Source of the DNA: an uncultured Gemmatimonadales bacterium
GTDB taxonomy: Bacteria > Gemmatimonadota > Gemmatimonadetes > Gemmatimonadales > Gemmatimonadaceae
NCBI GenBank assembly: GCA_963793305.1
Contig: CAWBZV010000005.1
Span: forward strand, 512,001-576,000
Direction of reading: 5' to 3'
DNA length: 64,000 nt
Part shown: positions 39,330 to 50,851 of the stretch, piece by piece
Numbering within the stretch: the stretch's first letter is position 1
Layout of the letters: every line of letters begins with the position of its first letter
Translations under genes and position numbers: made by a program
Notes under the pieces: model-generated
What the model was told of the DNA's origin: nothing
What the model saw: only the letters and a program-made list of their open reading frames with translations
The model's database searches: none

Positions 39330-40973
39330 TCAGGGTGCGTTGGAACGGTAGTCTGCAAGAAGAATGAGGCCATCCGCAAGCGTCTCCCGCCAGCTCACGT
39401 AGTCGTGGCCCCCGATGAACTCCTGGTAGAAGACCTTATAGCCCTTGGCGCGCAGTACATCCCGGAGGTGGCGGTTCGGTACGAGGATCGAGCCGCCCTT
39501 GCCGGTCACGTCGAGCTCCATCGACCCTGCGTCGAGGTAGAACCGGATCGGCAGCTTGGGGCTCGTGACGAATAGCCGCGCGACGTAACTCGGGTCAGCA
39601 TCCGGGTCGAATGACCCTGGCTTCGAAGGGTCTTGCGGTGGTATCCACCAATACGATCCGGATTGGGAGAGCACGTTGCCGAACGTCTCCGGATGCCGGA
39701 ACGCGGCGTACGTTGCGGCCAAGCCCCCGTAACTCGATCCGCCAATCGTCACCCAGCGCGGATTCGTCGTGACGTGGTAATGCTGCCGCACCCACGGTAC
39801 GAGCTCGTGGCTCAGGAAGTCCGCGAACGTGGGGTTGCACGGCAGTTCGGTCGCGCGGGCGACGTTCGAGATCATCACCGCCACGACCGGTGGGATACGT
39901 TTCGCGGCGATCAGATTGTCCAGAATGACGGGAGTCGGGACGACCTGAAGGTAGGTGTCGCCGTCGAACACGAGGAGGAGACCGTACGGCTTCGCGCTCG
40001 TCGAATAGCCCGGTGGCGTGTACACGGTGATCTTGCGCGAGTTCTTCAAGAGCGCGCTCTCGATGCGCGTCGTGTCGAGCTTCCCGGTGGCGACGTCGGA
40101 TCGCTTCTCGATCCATGGCTGCGGCGGAGCGTCCGGCATCTCGAGGATCGACGCGCCGCGATGCAGTGCCGCGTCGGGATCGTGGGGATCCTGGAACATG
40201 GCGCGGGGATTCAACGGGTCGCGCTGGGAGACCGCGGCGATCACGTTCTGAATGGCGGAGTCGCCAAACGTCTGCTTCGTGAAGTGCGGTGGATCTGGTG
40301 CCAGGGTGTAGTACGTGCGCGCGCGGTGGTCGACGCGAAAGGACTTGTACCAGACGTTGGTTCCGGCGATGCGCGTCATGAGGCAGTTCTCCGGGTTGTC
40401 CCGAAGGCATGGGGCGTACACGACGAGCACGCCGCTCGTTTCATCCCCGCCGCGCCAGAGGAATGTCACCAAGGTGTTCTCGATCAGGGGGCTTCCTTGG
40501 GGACCGATCTGTTGCCAGAATGCCGCGGCGTCGGCCGGGGTCTTGATCTGCGCGATGCGTGGACTCTGGTTCGTATCCGGCGGCGGCGTCACGACGGGCG
40601 GTCCGGATATGCCGAGCAGGGTAATGGAATAGGTCGCCGGGACGTTCTTCTCGCGCGCAGAGACGGTGAGCTGCCACGGTCCGGCCTGGGCGGCGAAAAA
40701 TCGCGCCGGCCTGCCTTTGAGGAGCGTCGAGGAAAATGCTCGTTCGAGCATACCGCTTGGGTCAGAGACGGAAAGGATCACGTCCTGGCCTTTATCGGAG
40801 AGCTGCAGCGCGACCAGGTTGCCCGCGCGCAGGTCGAGCGTGTATCGGTCGATCGCGCCTGCCTCAACGACGTGCGTGATCGGCTTGCCGGCCTCGAGCT
40901 GAGGCACGGGGGCGGTCTGCGCATTGAGAAGGGACGACGCGAGAGAGACGAGCAGGCAGTGCACGATGCGCAC
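39330..40973 (-). CDS. Secreted enterochelin esterase (Fes)-like alpha/beta hydrolase
   Basis: LVTFLWRG, RDPLNP, YTPPGY, VFDG, GGSSYGGL, VLSQSGSYWW, GGHDY. Confidence 0.85.
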   Translation of the reverse strand: MRIVHCLLVSLASSLLNAQTAPVPQLEAGKPITHVVEAGAIDRYTLDLRAGNLVALQLSDKGQDVILSVSDPSGMLERAFSSTLLKGRPARFFAAQAGPWQLTVSAREKNVPATYSITLLGISGPPVVTPPPDTNQSPRIAQIKTPADAAAFWQQIGPQGSPLIENTLVTFLWRGGDETSGVLVVYAPCLRDNPENCLMTRIAGTNVWYKSFRVDHRARTYYTLAPDPPHFTKQTFGDSAIQNVIAAVSQRDPLNPRAMFQDPHDPDAALHRGASILEMPDAPPQPWIEKRSDVATGKLDTTRIESALLKNSRKITVYTPPGYSTSAKPYGLLLVFDGDTYLQVVPTPVILDNLIAAKRIPPVVAVMISNVARATELPCNPTFADFLSHELVPWVRQHYHVTTNPRWVTIGGSSYGGLAATYAAFRHPETFGNVLSQSGSYWWIPPQDPSKPGSFDPDADPSYVARLFVTSPKLPIRFYLDAGSMELDVTGKGGSILVPNRHLRDVLRAKGYKVFYQEFIGGHDYVSWRETLADGLILLADYRSNAP

Positions 40974-41038
40974 GGATTGCTCCGAAATGAGGTTGAGTCC
41001 GCGGGTGAAGTGAACTTGGACTCGCGGCGTGGCCCACG

Positions 41039-41497
41039 CTACATCACCCTTACGCCTTCGGCCTCGAGCAGTCGCTTGAGGCGTTCGAGGTCTCGGCGGT
41101 TGTCGCGTCGTATCGCTCTTGCCATGAGGGGCGCGATAACTCGAAGCAGCCCGGCCGGGCCTCCTCGATTTCGCAACGTCATTCTTGTCCCGCCGGCGGC
41201 CGTGTCCTCCCACGCATAGGTCGTTTCCATCGGAAACGGCCCGGCTATTCCTCGCATTACCAATCGTTGTCGTGGCGTCAGGTCGAGGACTTCGTACGTG
41301 TAGTTGAGCTTCTGCCCCAGGAAACGCGCGGTGAACGTGATGCGCGAGCCGAGGCGCAACGGACGTGGCGTAAGCCAGTGAGCGGACTTGATGTTCTCAT
41401 ACCACTCCGGCGCATTGTCTGGATTGGCCGCGTACGCGGCGACCACGCTTCGGGCGCAGTCGATCTCGATGTGCGTGACGACGTTGATGTGTGCCAT
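41039..41497 (-). CDS. SRPBCC (polyketide cyclase-like) protein
   Basis: ANPDNAPEWYENIKS, GPFPMETTYAW, TRMTLRNRG. Confidence 0.88.
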   Translation of the reverse strand: MAHINVVTHIEIDCARSVVAAYAANPDNAPEWYENIKSAHWLTPRPLRLGSRITFTARFLGQKLNYTYEVLDLTPRQRLVMRGIAGPFPMETTYAWEDTAAGGTRMTLRNRGGPAGLLRVIAPLMARAIRRDNRRDLERLKRLLEAEGVRVM

Positions 41498-41638
41498 CTG
41501 GGCTGCGCTGGATTGCCCTGAACCAGGGGGAACGAGACGGCGGCGAGCACCGCCGTGACTTCCGCGATCCGCACGCGTGCTGACGCACCCGGCCGCGCGG
41601 GGCGGACGGATCGAGGCCCGTCTGACGCGCCGATGCCC

Positions 41639-43744
41639 TCAATACTGAAGATCGTGCTGTGAGACCTGCTTGTTCTGCAGGTACTTGTCGAACCAGCCGA
41701 GGATGTGCTGGAGGCGTTCGATACGGTGCTGCGGCTTCCCGGATCGCGACAGCTCGTGGGTCTCGCCGGGAAATGACACCATGACGGTCGTTTTGTGGAG
41801 CGCCTTGAGCGCGCGGAACATTGTCATGCCACCCGATCCCGATGGTGCTCTCGTGTCCAATTCACCTTCCACCAGCATGAGTGGTGTGGTGACGCGCTCG
41901 ATGTAGGTAATCGGCGACCGCCGTGCGTAGTCCTGTGGATCCTTGAAGGGCGGCTCCCGGAACCAGTTGGGCGTGAATAACGTGAAGTCCGCCGTATACC
42001 ACCAGGCCGACCAGTCCGCGATCGAGCGCTGCGAGACCGCCGCCGCAAATCGGTTCGTCTGGGTGATGATCCAATTCGTCAACAACCCACCTCCGCTTCC
42101 TCCGGTCACTCCCAACCGTTTCTCGTCGATGTACCCGCGCTTGATCAGCGTATCGACTCCGATCATGAGGTCTTTGAAGTCGTCGCCGGGGTAGTGATAC
42201 TGAATGACGTTGCCGAACGCTTCTCCATAGCTGGTGCTGCCACGGGGGTTCGGCGCCAGTACGACATACCCCCGTGCCGCCATGACCTGAAACTCATGGA
42301 AGAACGACTCGCCATAGGCGGTATGCGGGCCGCCATGGATGTTCAAGATGAGCGGATATTTCTTACTCGGCGAGAAATCCGGTGGCTTGACGATCCAGGC
42401 CTCGATGGGCGTGCCATCAAAGCTCTTGTAGATGATCCGCTCCGGAGTCGACAACGTGAGCTGCGTCCACAGTGAGTCGTTCACGTGCGTCAGCTGCGTC
42501 AATGCCTTGGTCGCTGGATCGAGCGCATACAGCTCCGTGAGATGCGTGCCGTCGCTGATCGTGAGCGCGAACTTGCCCGCACCTGGCGTCGCGGTGTACG
42601 CGACAATATCGTGCGCGCCCGTCGTCACCGGGTCGATCGCCTTGGTGGCCACGTCGATCCGCACGATGTTCGATCGTCCATGCTCGGTCATCGCGATGAA
42701 CACGTTCTTTCCGTCCGCCGACCACACGAGCGGGTCCCCACCACCCCCTCGCGGCGGATGTTGATCTCCGAGCACAAAGCTGCCGACATCCGCGTCGCCA
42801 CCCTTGGTCAATCGCACCACTGGCCCGCGCGCACCCTCCTCTCCGAGGAACACCGCCTCCTGCGTCCACGACTGCGCATGGGCAGGATTGATCGCGCCAG
42901 TGAACGCGAACGTTTTCCCGTCTGGCGCCGACGCGACCCGCTCGATGGTCCCGTCGATGTCGAGGATCTTGGTCATCGCCCCACCGGCTGCCGGTACGGC
43001 GAAGGCGTCATCGTCGGGGTTATCATAGTACGGCTCTTCAACCCGGTCCGACGTGAACACGATGCGCGAGCCGTCCACGCTCCACGTCGGACCGTTTTCA
43101 TCATAAGGGCCGAACGTGATCTGCCGCGCCTTCGCCGGCGCGTCGGCGGCCGGATCGACGGGCACGACCCAGATGTGATCGTGCCGCATCGGATCGAGCC
43201 AGCCCTTGTCATTGTCGCGGTATTCCGCCCGCGTGATCACCCGCACGTCGCTCTTCGGCTTTGACGGCGCGCTATCCTCGCTGAGCGTCGAGCTCGTGAA
43301 GGCGATCATACGGCCATCCGGCGACCACTGCTCGGACGACGCACCTTTCGCCAGGTCCGTGAGCTGCCGCGGCTCTCCGCCCGCTAGCGACAGCAGATAC
43401 AACTGAGGCGACCCCGTGTCAGTCGCCGTCCGCACGAACGCGATCGCGCGACCGTCAGGCGACCACCGCGCGGCCTTGTCCCGCGGCCCAGCCGTGAGTC
43501 GTCTCGGAACGCCCCGCCCATCCGTCGCGACAACCCAGACGCTCGTCTCGTACTTGTCCCCCTGCTCGCTGACGGTCACCAGCGTGTACGCCGCGAGCGC
43601 GCCATCCGGCGAGATGCGCGGATCGGCGACCCACCGGAATTGCAACAAGTCGCGCTCGGTAATCGGTCGTGGCGCTGGTGTCGTGACCGGCGCCATGATG
43701 ATCGACCCAACCATACTCAACGTCAGGGGCAACAGATGACGCAC
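41639..43744 (-). CDS. S9 family (prolyl oligopeptidase/acylaminoacyl) peptidase
   Basis: PD40 propeller repeats, IHGGPH, NPRGS, GGSGGG, ETHELSRSG. Confidence 0.93.
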   Translation of the reverse strand: MRHLLPLTLSMVGSIIMAPVTTPAPRPITERDLLQFRWVADPRISPDGALAAYTLVTVSEQGDKYETSVWVVATDGRGVPRRLTAGPRDKAARWSPDGRAIAFVRTATDTGSPQLYLLSLAGGEPRQLTDLAKGASSEQWSPDGRMIAFTSSTLSEDSAPSKPKSDVRVITRAEYRDNDKGWLDPMRHDHIWVVPVDPAADAPAKARQITFGPYDENGPTWSVDGSRIVFTSDRVEEPYYDNPDDDAFAVPAAGGAMTKILDIDGTIERVASAPDGKTFAFTGAINPAHAQSWTQEAVFLGEEGARGPVVRLTKGGDADVGSFVLGDQHPPRGGGGDPLVWSADGKNVFIAMTEHGRSNIVRIDVATKAIDPVTTGAHDIVAYTATPGAGKFALTISDGTHLTELYALDPATKALTQLTHVNDSLWTQLTLSTPERIIYKSFDGTPIEAWIVKPPDFSPSKKYPLILNIHGGPHTAYGESFFHEFQVMAARGYVVLAPNPRGSTSYGEAFGNVIQYHYPGDDFKDLMIGVDTLIKRGYIDEKRLGVTGGSGGGLLTNWIITQTNRFAAAVSQRSIADWSAWWYTADFTLFTPNWFREPPFKDPQDYARRSPITYIERVTTPLMLVEGELDTRAPSGSGGMTMFRALKALHKTTVMVSFPGETHELSRSGKPQHRIERLQHILGWFDKYLQNKQVSQHDLQY

Positions 43745-43820
43745 CGAAACGCCTCGCGAGTCAGAAGCCGGGTGGCATGTGGATAGTTCGCCCATAGCAC
43801 TATTCAATGCATCGGGCAAT

Positions 43821-43838
43821 TTCTAGAACAAACGCAAC
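43821..43838 (-). promoter_or_regulatory. Motif copy 14 (GTTGCGTTTGTTCTAGAA)
   Basis: Intergenic; points at the S9 peptidase. Confidence 0.7.
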
Positions 43839-43918
43839 ACGGTGGCGCGGATGCACGCGGTCTACCGCGACGCCGGCTCGTTCGTTATCGTTGCGATCCG
43901 AACGCAACGGGGTCCGCC

Positions 43919-45022
43919 ATGGACCGTCGAGCTTTTCTCAAGCGATCGTTGATCGCGTCGGCCGTGACGCTCGGTCCCGTGGGCGCCTCGGTTGAGTCGC
44001 TGGTTGGTGCCGCGCCGAAGCGCATCCTGGTTCTCGGCGGCACTCTGTTCCTTGGTCCTGCGCTCGTTCAGGCTGCCGTCGCCGCCGGTCACACGGTGAC
44101 GCTCTTCAATCGTGGGATTACGAATCCCGAGCTGTTCCCACACCTGGAGAAGCTTCGTGGGTTTCGGAGTGCCGACTCGAGTGATCAGGATCTCTCGACG
44201 CTGAGTCGACGCCATTTCGATGCCATTGTGGACGTTTGGCCCAATGATCCGACCGTGGTGGCGTCGGCCGCCGAGTTCCTCAAGGATCATTCGGGGCACT
44301 ACCTGTATGTCTCGTCGGTGGCGGCGTACGACGGCGACGCCATGATAAAGCCGGGACTCGATGAATCGAGCCCTATGAACGCGTGGGATGGTCCGAGTCC
44401 GCAATACAACCGGGGCAAAGCCGAAAGTGAACGTCGTTTGCACGCGATCTTCGGCGATCGGATCACCATCGTGCGACCAGGTCCCATCAAAGGGGAGCGC
44501 GACGATAGCTCGGATCTCTATACCTGGCTCGTCCGGGCTCAAGCGGGAGGCCGGCATATTGCTCCGGGCGATGGGAACGACCCGGTGGAACTGGTCGACG
44601 TCAAAGATGTCGCGCGGTTCCTGATCATGGCTATCAATCAGACCCTCTTCGGGACGTTCAATCTGGCGGGTCGATCAATGCGCTTTGTCGAATTTCTGGG
44701 GGCTTGCCAGGGCGCGATGCGGTCCGATCCGGAATGGATCTGGATTCCCAAGAGCTTTCTCGACCATCATGGCCTCGAAACTGCGCACACATCCCTCGGC
44801 GACTTCCCGTTTTGGCGATCGCCGGGCGACTATCAGGGTATCTATCAAGCCAGGAGTGACAAGGCCTTCGCCGCGGGCTGGGCCACTCGTCCGTTCGAAG
44901 AGACCGCCTGGGATTGCCTCAGCACATTTCGGTCGCTGGGCGAGACTGGTACGTGGAGCGACGTGCTTCCGCCCGCAAAGGAGCGGGAGGTTCTCGACGC
45001 GTGGATGCATCGCGCCAAATAG
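43919..45022 (+). CDS. Tat-exported NAD-dependent epimerase/dehydratase (isoflavone reductase-like)
   Basis: MDRRAFLK, ILVLGGTLFLG, TLFNRG, YNRGKA, VRPG. Confidence 0.88.
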   Translation: MDRRAFLKRSLIASAVTLGPVGASVESLVGAAPKRILVLGGTLFLGPALVQAAVAAGHTVTLFNRGITNPELFPHLEKLRGFRSADSSDQDLSTLSRRHFDAIVDVWPNDPTVVASAAEFLKDHSGHYLYVSSVAAYDGDAMIKPGLDESSPMNAWDGPSPQYNRGKAESERRLHAIFGDRITIVRPGPIKGERDDSSDLYTWLVRAQAGGRHIAPGDGNDPVELVDVKDVARFLIMAINQTLFGTFNLAGRSMRFVEFLGACQGAMRSDPEWIWIPKSFLDHHGLETAHTSLGDFPFWRSPGDYQGIYQARSDKAFAAGWATRPFEETAWDCLSTFRSLGETGTWSDVLPPAKEREVLDAWMHRAK

Positions 45023-45092
45023 CCCTCGTGCGCCTCAAGTTGCATCGGCAGATGGCACCGAGTCCCGACGTTCGGTCCGATCGCATGGTGTG

Positions 45093-46533
45093 TCACGGCC
45101 GATTGCACGACACGGGATAGTCAGCGATTGGTTGACGATGCACGACGTCGGCCAATGCTGACCAGTCCGCGAGCGGCTGGTGCTGGGCGACGACGCGAGA
45201 CGGACTGAGCCCGTAACGGCATGCGGCCGCATAGACCTCAGTCGCATACAGCGACGGAGCGCTCAGTGTCTGCACGTAGTCGCTAGCCCACAGGACGCCG
45301 TCTCGGGAGAGATACACCATGAGCGCGCCTTCGCTCCCGATCCCATCGATCGCATAGTACCCGATATCACGCCCGTTGCGTGTCTCGCCCACGCCACGGA
45401 AGTGCATCCGCGGACGTGGGTGCATCGATTCGAGTTTGTCCGGATGCCATTGCCAGCGGCGAGCCACAACGGAGTCCAGGAAGGCGCGCGACATATCGCG
45501 CGAGATGACCGTCGCGCCACTGGCGACCCAAAAACGGACGCCGGAGACATGCGGCCAGGCAAGATCGGTGACGACGACCGCGACCGGGTGCCGCCCCGGA
45601 AAGAGATGGCTGATCCACTGGGAATCGGCCCGCGCGCGAGTCTCGCCTTGCGTGGCATTCGAGCACGTACACCGTATCGTGGAGCAACGACGCGATCTCG
45701 TTGTAGCCGCGATTGGCGAGAATGAACGTCGTCGGACCGAGACGCACCGTGTCGAGCGGCGCGGCCTGGAGGAACCGCGGCGTTTCCACTGTGGAGACCC
45801 GACCGGAGTCCGGCATGGTCAGGGGTGGAGCCGAGTCTCTAGCGACGCGCGCGACACTGATGAGGCTCCGCACGATCTCATTCTGACCGTCGACCACGCG
45901 GGCCACGGTCGTCGGCATGAGCAAGCCGCCAAACGCCTCAGCTGACGGATACAGGAGCCACGTCGTGTACACGTATTCGACATGGACTTCGCCCCACAGA
46001 TACTGAGGCTCCATCCGGTCGAGCTTCGTCACGAAGCCAGTCTTCGGATCAACAAAGAGCCGTTCCGGTCCATAGAGGCCCGCGCGCTCGAGTACGATGC
46101 GGGGGTAATCCCGAAACAGACAACGGCCTTCCGTCCGGACACCCGGCGCGGAGGACCAGGCATGAACGACCAGCCGAGGATCGAGCGCGCGCGTGCCTTC
46201 CACAGAGGGCCACGAGGCAAAGCGCCCGACCACCCCGTGATCGTCCGAGAGTATGGTGGTGCGCTGATCGAACGCGCCCGTCATCGAGTCGCGCTCGACG
46301 CCGGTCGACGGGTCGACCCAGCTGAAATGATCGTCGACGAACGTCAGATACGGCGGGTACATCCGATCCGATTCGTACGCATGCGAGATGGCATTGCGGG
46401 TGACCATCCTGATGACCGGCGCACCCGGTGCATCGAGATCGAGCACGTGTCTGGCGCGACGCAAGACATCCGCTGGCACATCGGCTGACGCGACCAGCGC
46501 GCAAGCGCTGGCGAGCAACGGCATGGTGAGCAT
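45093..46533 (-). CDS. Secreted protein with degenerate MBL-like fold; +1 frameshift at ~45660
   Basis: LWGEVHVEYVYTTW, VVVTDLAWPHVSGVRFWV, LWASDY; paralog of 26739-28241. Confidence 0.7.
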
Positions 46534-46743
46534 GCGGGCAAAGTACCGATGTGGATGTGTGACGTGCCTCCGAGCGATGCGAATGGGAGAACGAGCACGG
46601 CGAACAGCATAAGGGTGGAGTGGACGGCGCCACAGCACCAGGTGGGATGGCCGTCCCGAGTGGGCGTGGTTCTCGTGCCGTACGCTTCGAATGGGTCTGC
46701 ACACGCGTGCGTTCCACCGCGCGGCCGCCTGATGTCGTGCCGG

Positions 46744-46761
46744 GTCTAAAACAAACGCAAC
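46744..46761 (-). promoter_or_regulatory. Motif copy 15 (GTTGCGTTTGTTTTAGAC)
   Basis: Back-to-back with copy 16; no clear -10. Confidence 0.55.
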
Positions 46762-46807
46762 GTCGTCAGCAATTGAACGGCTGGGGGTCTTTGGAGTCGG
46801 TGGCGCA

Positions 46808-46825
46808 GTTGCTTTTGTTCAATAC
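46808..46825 (+). promoter_or_regulatory. Motif copy 16 (GTTGCTTTTGTTCAATAC)
   Basis: 19-bp spacer then TAAATT. Confidence 0.7.
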
Positions 46826-46928
46826 GGTGCGGCGTGCGCAATTCTAAATTGTGGGAGAGCAGCGCACTGACGCGCGGGGTGATCGGTCTCGCGCGATTGC
46901 GCACGTCGCCCGGTTGCGAGGAGCTACA

Positions 46929-48866
46929 ATGGTCTCACGACGCACTGCCTGCGTGCTCGCGATGGCGATCGTTGCGCAGTCGGCCCAGTCCCAGGACGCG
47001 AAACCCGCGGAACCGACTGTGGCGGCCGCGAATCGAGCTGTCCAATGGCGCTTGCCGTTTGGCGACCGGCAGGATTTCGAGGACGCGACACGAGGATTCA
47101 TCGCGACGACTCCCGATACCAGCGATCCCGATGGCTACGCGTTTCTCGCGCATGAAGCGCCACCGACTGTGAATCCGAGTCTCTGGCGTCAGGCGCAGCT
47201 GGACACCATTCACGGCTTGTTCAAGGTCGCCGACGGTGTCTATCAGGTTCGCGGTTTCTCGAGCGCGAACCTGACGATCGTGGAAGGGCGGACGGGGCTC
47301 ATCGTGATCGACGCGCTGTCCACACCCGGAGCCGCAAGAGAAGCCCTCGACCTCTATTTTGCGCACCGCCCTCGCACGCCGGTCGTGGCGCTGCTCTACA
47401 GCCACAGTCATTCCGACCACTTCGGCGGCGCCAGCGGCGTGGTCTCGCCGGCTGACGTGGCTGCCGGAAAGACGCAGGTCATTGCACCAGCGGGTTTCAT
47501 GGACGCCATCATCGTGGAATCCGCGGTGGCTGAGAACCTCAAATCCCGACGCGCCCAGTTTCAGTTTGGTGGGCTGCTGCCGCGTGGAGAACGCGGGAGC
47601 GTTGACTATGGCATTGGTAAGATCGAGTCGCGCGGGGCGGACGGTGGCGGACCGCTCATCGCGCCCACGGTTACGATCGAGCAGTCGATGGACAGCCGTA
47701 CGATCGACGGCGTGCCGTTCGTCTTTGAACTCGCTCCGGAATCGGAAGCGCCATCCGAGATGTTGATTTATCTGCCGCAGTCGCACGTGCTCGATGCGAC
47801 CGAGGATGCGACGCATGCGCTCCACAACCTCCTCCCGTTTCGCGGCTCAGTCGTGCGCGACGCGAATCGGTGGTCGCGCTATCTCAATACCGCGCTCGAT
47901 CGCTTCGGAGGCGACGCGCGGGTGCTCATCGCCCAGCACCAATGGCCGGTCTGGGGGAACGAGCGCGTGCGCGCCCGATTGGCGAATCAGCGTGATCTCT
48001 ACAAGTATGTGCATGATCAGACCATTCGCCTCATGAATCAGGGCTTGGGGCCGACGGAGATCGCCGCGGCCTTGACGCTGCCACCTGGCCTCGAGAACGA
48101 CTGGTCGACGCACGAGTATTACGGTACGATCTCGCACGATTCGAAGGCGGTCTATCAACGCTACGTCGGCTGGTACGACGGCAATCCGGCGACGCTCAAC
48201 CGTCTGCCGCGCGTCGAAGAAGCGAAGAAGTACGTCGAGTATATGGGCGGATCGGCCGCCGTGATCGCGCGGGCGCGACAGGACTTCCAGGCGGGCCAGT
48301 ACCGCTGGGTTGCCGAGATCATGGATCAGGTCGTATTCGCGGAGCCTTCCAACGAGGACGCGCGCCGTCTCGCGGCGGATGCACTTGAACAGCTGGGATA
48401 CCTGGCGGAATCCGGTGCTTGGCGAAACTCGTACCTGCTCGCCGCACAGGAGCTCCGCGGCGCGGCCCCCAGCCGTGCATCATCCAATTCGGGCATCAGG
48501 GCAGTGATCCTGCACGCGATGCCGATCGGGCTCGTGTTCGATTATCTGGGTACGCGCGTCGACGGGCCTCGTGCCGGAACACGGCAGATCGTCATCGGCT
48601 GGCGATTCACCGATACGCGCGAGGCCCTTACCTCGACGCTCGCGCACGGCGCGTTGACCTGGATCGATGGCAAGGCTGACCCGAATGCCATGACGACGGT
48701 GACGACCACGCGAGCCGTGTTCGACAGTGTCATGCTGGGGCAACGGCCACTGGCCGATGCACTGGAGCGTCGCGCCATCACGACGACCGGCGATGCGCAG
48801 GCCGTAACGGACTTCCGGGGGCTGCTCGTCGACTTCCGGCCCGGCATGCCCATCGTCGAGCCTTGA
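46929..48866 (+). CDS. Alkyl sulfatase (SdsA1/BDS1 family)
   Basis: DFEDATRGFIA, VNPSLWRQAQL, YSHSHSDHFGG, YVGWYDGNPA, C-terminal SCP2-like region. Confidence 0.92.
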   Translation: MVSRRTACVLAMAIVAQSAQSQDAKPAEPTVAAANRAVQWRLPFGDRQDFEDATRGFIATTPDTSDPDGYAFLAHEAPPTVNPSLWRQAQLDTIHGLFKVADGVYQVRGFSSANLTIVEGRTGLIVIDALSTPGAAREALDLYFAHRPRTPVVALLYSHSHSDHFGGASGVVSPADVAAGKTQVIAPAGFMDAIIVESAVAENLKSRRAQFQFGGLLPRGERGSVDYGIGKIESRGADGGGPLIAPTVTIEQSMDSRTIDGVPFVFELAPESEAPSEMLIYLPQSHVLDATEDATHALHNLLPFRGSVVRDANRWSRYLNTALDRFGGDARVLIAQHQWPVWGNERVRARLANQRDLYKYVHDQTIRLMNQGLGPTEIAAALTLPPGLENDWSTHEYYGTISHDSKAVYQRYVGWYDGNPATLNRLPRVEEAKKYVEYMGGSAAVIARARQDFQAGQYRWVAEIMDQVVFAEPSNEDARRLAADALEQLGYLAESGAWRNSYLLAAQELRGAAPSRASSNSGIRAVILHAMPIGLVFDYLGTRVDGPRAGTRQIVIGWRFTDTREALTSTLAHGALTWIDGKADPNAMTTVTTTRAVFDSVMLGQRPLADALERRAITTTGDAQAVTDFRGLLVDFRPGMPIVEP

Positions 48867-48877
48867 AGCGAGACAAC

Positions 48878-49721
48878 ATGATCGTATTCCTGAACGGCGC
48901 GTTCGTGGCCGAAGCGGACGCCATGGTGTCGATTCGCGACCGCGCATTCCTCTTCGGCGACGCCGTGTATGAAGCGCTGCGCGCCCGCGCGGGTCGCTAC
49001 TTCGAGCCCGACCGGCACATGCATCGACTGCGCTACGGACTCAATCAACTGCGTATCACGATGTCCGACGTCGAGCTCGCGCGCCTGCTGCCAACGGGCG
49101 AGGCGCTGCTGCGCCTCAACGATCTGCTGTTGGCGGACGCGCTGCTCTACATGCAGGTGAGCCGCGGCGTGGCCGCGCGCCGGCATGCGTTCCCCGAATC
49201 CCCCTGTCTCTCCGACGGTGCTCCTCACGACGACACCGTTGAACGCCCATCGGCGCCTCACGGACGAAGGCGCGACCGCCGTCACATGCGAGGACCTCCG
49301 GTGGTCCCGGTGCGATATCAAGACCGTGAACCTCTTGGGCAACGTCGTAGCAAACCAGCAGGCCGTGGAGCGCGGCGCGTATGAGGCGATACTCGTGCGG
49401 GATGGGTGCGTCACCGAGGCCAGCCACAGCAATGTCTTCGCGGTGATCGGCGGGACGATCCGGACGCACCCGGCTGACCGGCGCATCCTGCGCGGCGTGA
49501 CGCGCGAGGTGGTCATCGCGTGTGCGGTCGCGCGCGGATGGACGGTCCAGGAAACGCCGTTTACCACTCGGGAGTTGCTGGCGGCGCCGGAGGTGTTCCT
49601 GACCGGCACGACCACCGACGTGATGCCGATCGTGGCCATCGACAACGCGCGGATCGGCGATGGTCGGCCCGGGCCGGTCACGCGTGCGCTGGCCGATGAT
49701 CTCTCGAGATGCCTCCGATAG
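48878..49721 (+). CDS. Class IV aminotransferase (D-amino-acid transaminase-like); +1 frameshift at ~49193
   Basis: DRAFLFGDAVYE, RWSRCDIKTVNLL, TEASHSNVF, ILRGVTR, GDGRPGPVT. Confidence 0.88.
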
Positions 49722-49745
49722 CGTTTCCCACGCGCTACGCGGGCG

Positions 49746-50691
49746 CTACTCGCTCAAGAATCGCTCGACGGCCGGAAAGAACACATCCGGCCGGTCCACG
49801 AAGGAGTAGTGGCTCGCGCGGTCGATCACGAGTAGGCGCGCTCGGGGAAACGCGGCCGCCCACGCCTCGGAGCCGGTGAGCGGCATGAAATCGTTTCGCC
49901 CGTGCACCACCAGCACCGGTACATTTACCCGGTGCACCAACGTATCCCACACCCACTCGCCCCATGCGCCGGATGCGTTGCGGCCCACGCGCGCGCCCCG
50001 GGCGATGTTGTCCGCGGTATCCGCGCACTCCGTAGTAATCGTGCGTCGCATGGCAGTCGTGTCGAAGAAGTAGTTGCGGAGATACAGCGCATAGAACGCG
50101 CGGCAGAGCAACGGCTTGTCATGCGCCGTGTCGCTCAGGGCAGCGTGCATAAGGATGTCGATGCGGGCGCGGGTGGCGCTGTCGAATCCTGCCAAACGCG
50201 CGTGGTTCGCGTCCATGGCGAACGGATGGAATCGTGGCGGGACCGCGTCGACGAGGATGAGTTTCGCCACGGACTGCGGATGGGCCGCGGCATAGAGCGC
50301 TGCGAGCCCACCGCCCCACGAGTGTCCAAGAAGTGTCATCCGCGCGATCCCGAAGTGCTGACGAATGGCTTCAAGGTCGGCAAGGTGGTCCGCATTACGC
50401 AGGTGTGTGGAGTCCGCGACGAACGACGACCGACCGTTGCCGCGCTGATCGTAGAGCAAGAGCGCGTGATGACGCGCCAGCGGGATCAAGGCCGGATCAA
50501 ACTCGGAGATCGTCCCGCCGGGTCCGCCGTGGAGCGCGACGATCGTGTCGCGTCCGCGACCGATGAGACGGTAGTAGAGGCGCACCTGGTCGGGCCCCGT
50601 CACGAAACCCTCGGATCGCGCGAGCGCATCCGGACGGCAGGCGGAGATCCAGGCCGCACACGAGTACCGCGAGCGAACGCGTTGTCGTCAT
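49746..50691 (-). CDS. Lipoprotein alpha/beta hydrolase (proline iminopeptidase-like); +1 frameshift at ~50650
   Basis: Corrected N-terminus ...VCGLISAC; LHGGPG, YDQRGNGRS, GHSWGG. Confidence 0.85.
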
Positions 50692-50794
50692 GCAGCCTTG
50701 GACGCCACCGGTGGTCTCATGGTTGCGTTGGTCGCGTGAACGCGAGACTCGAAGCGCGAGCTTCCTGGTGGTGAGCGTTGGGCAGCACGACGAC

Positions 50795-50812
50795 GTTGCA
50801 CTCGTTCAAGAC
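50795..50812 (+). promoter_or_regulatory. Motif copy 17 (GTTGCACTCGTTCAAGAC)
   Basis: Consensus match upstream of a + strand gene. Confidence 0.7.
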
Positions 50813-50851
50813 CTTTGCCGACTGACGCGCTCCTTTCCAGGCGGTAGGCTG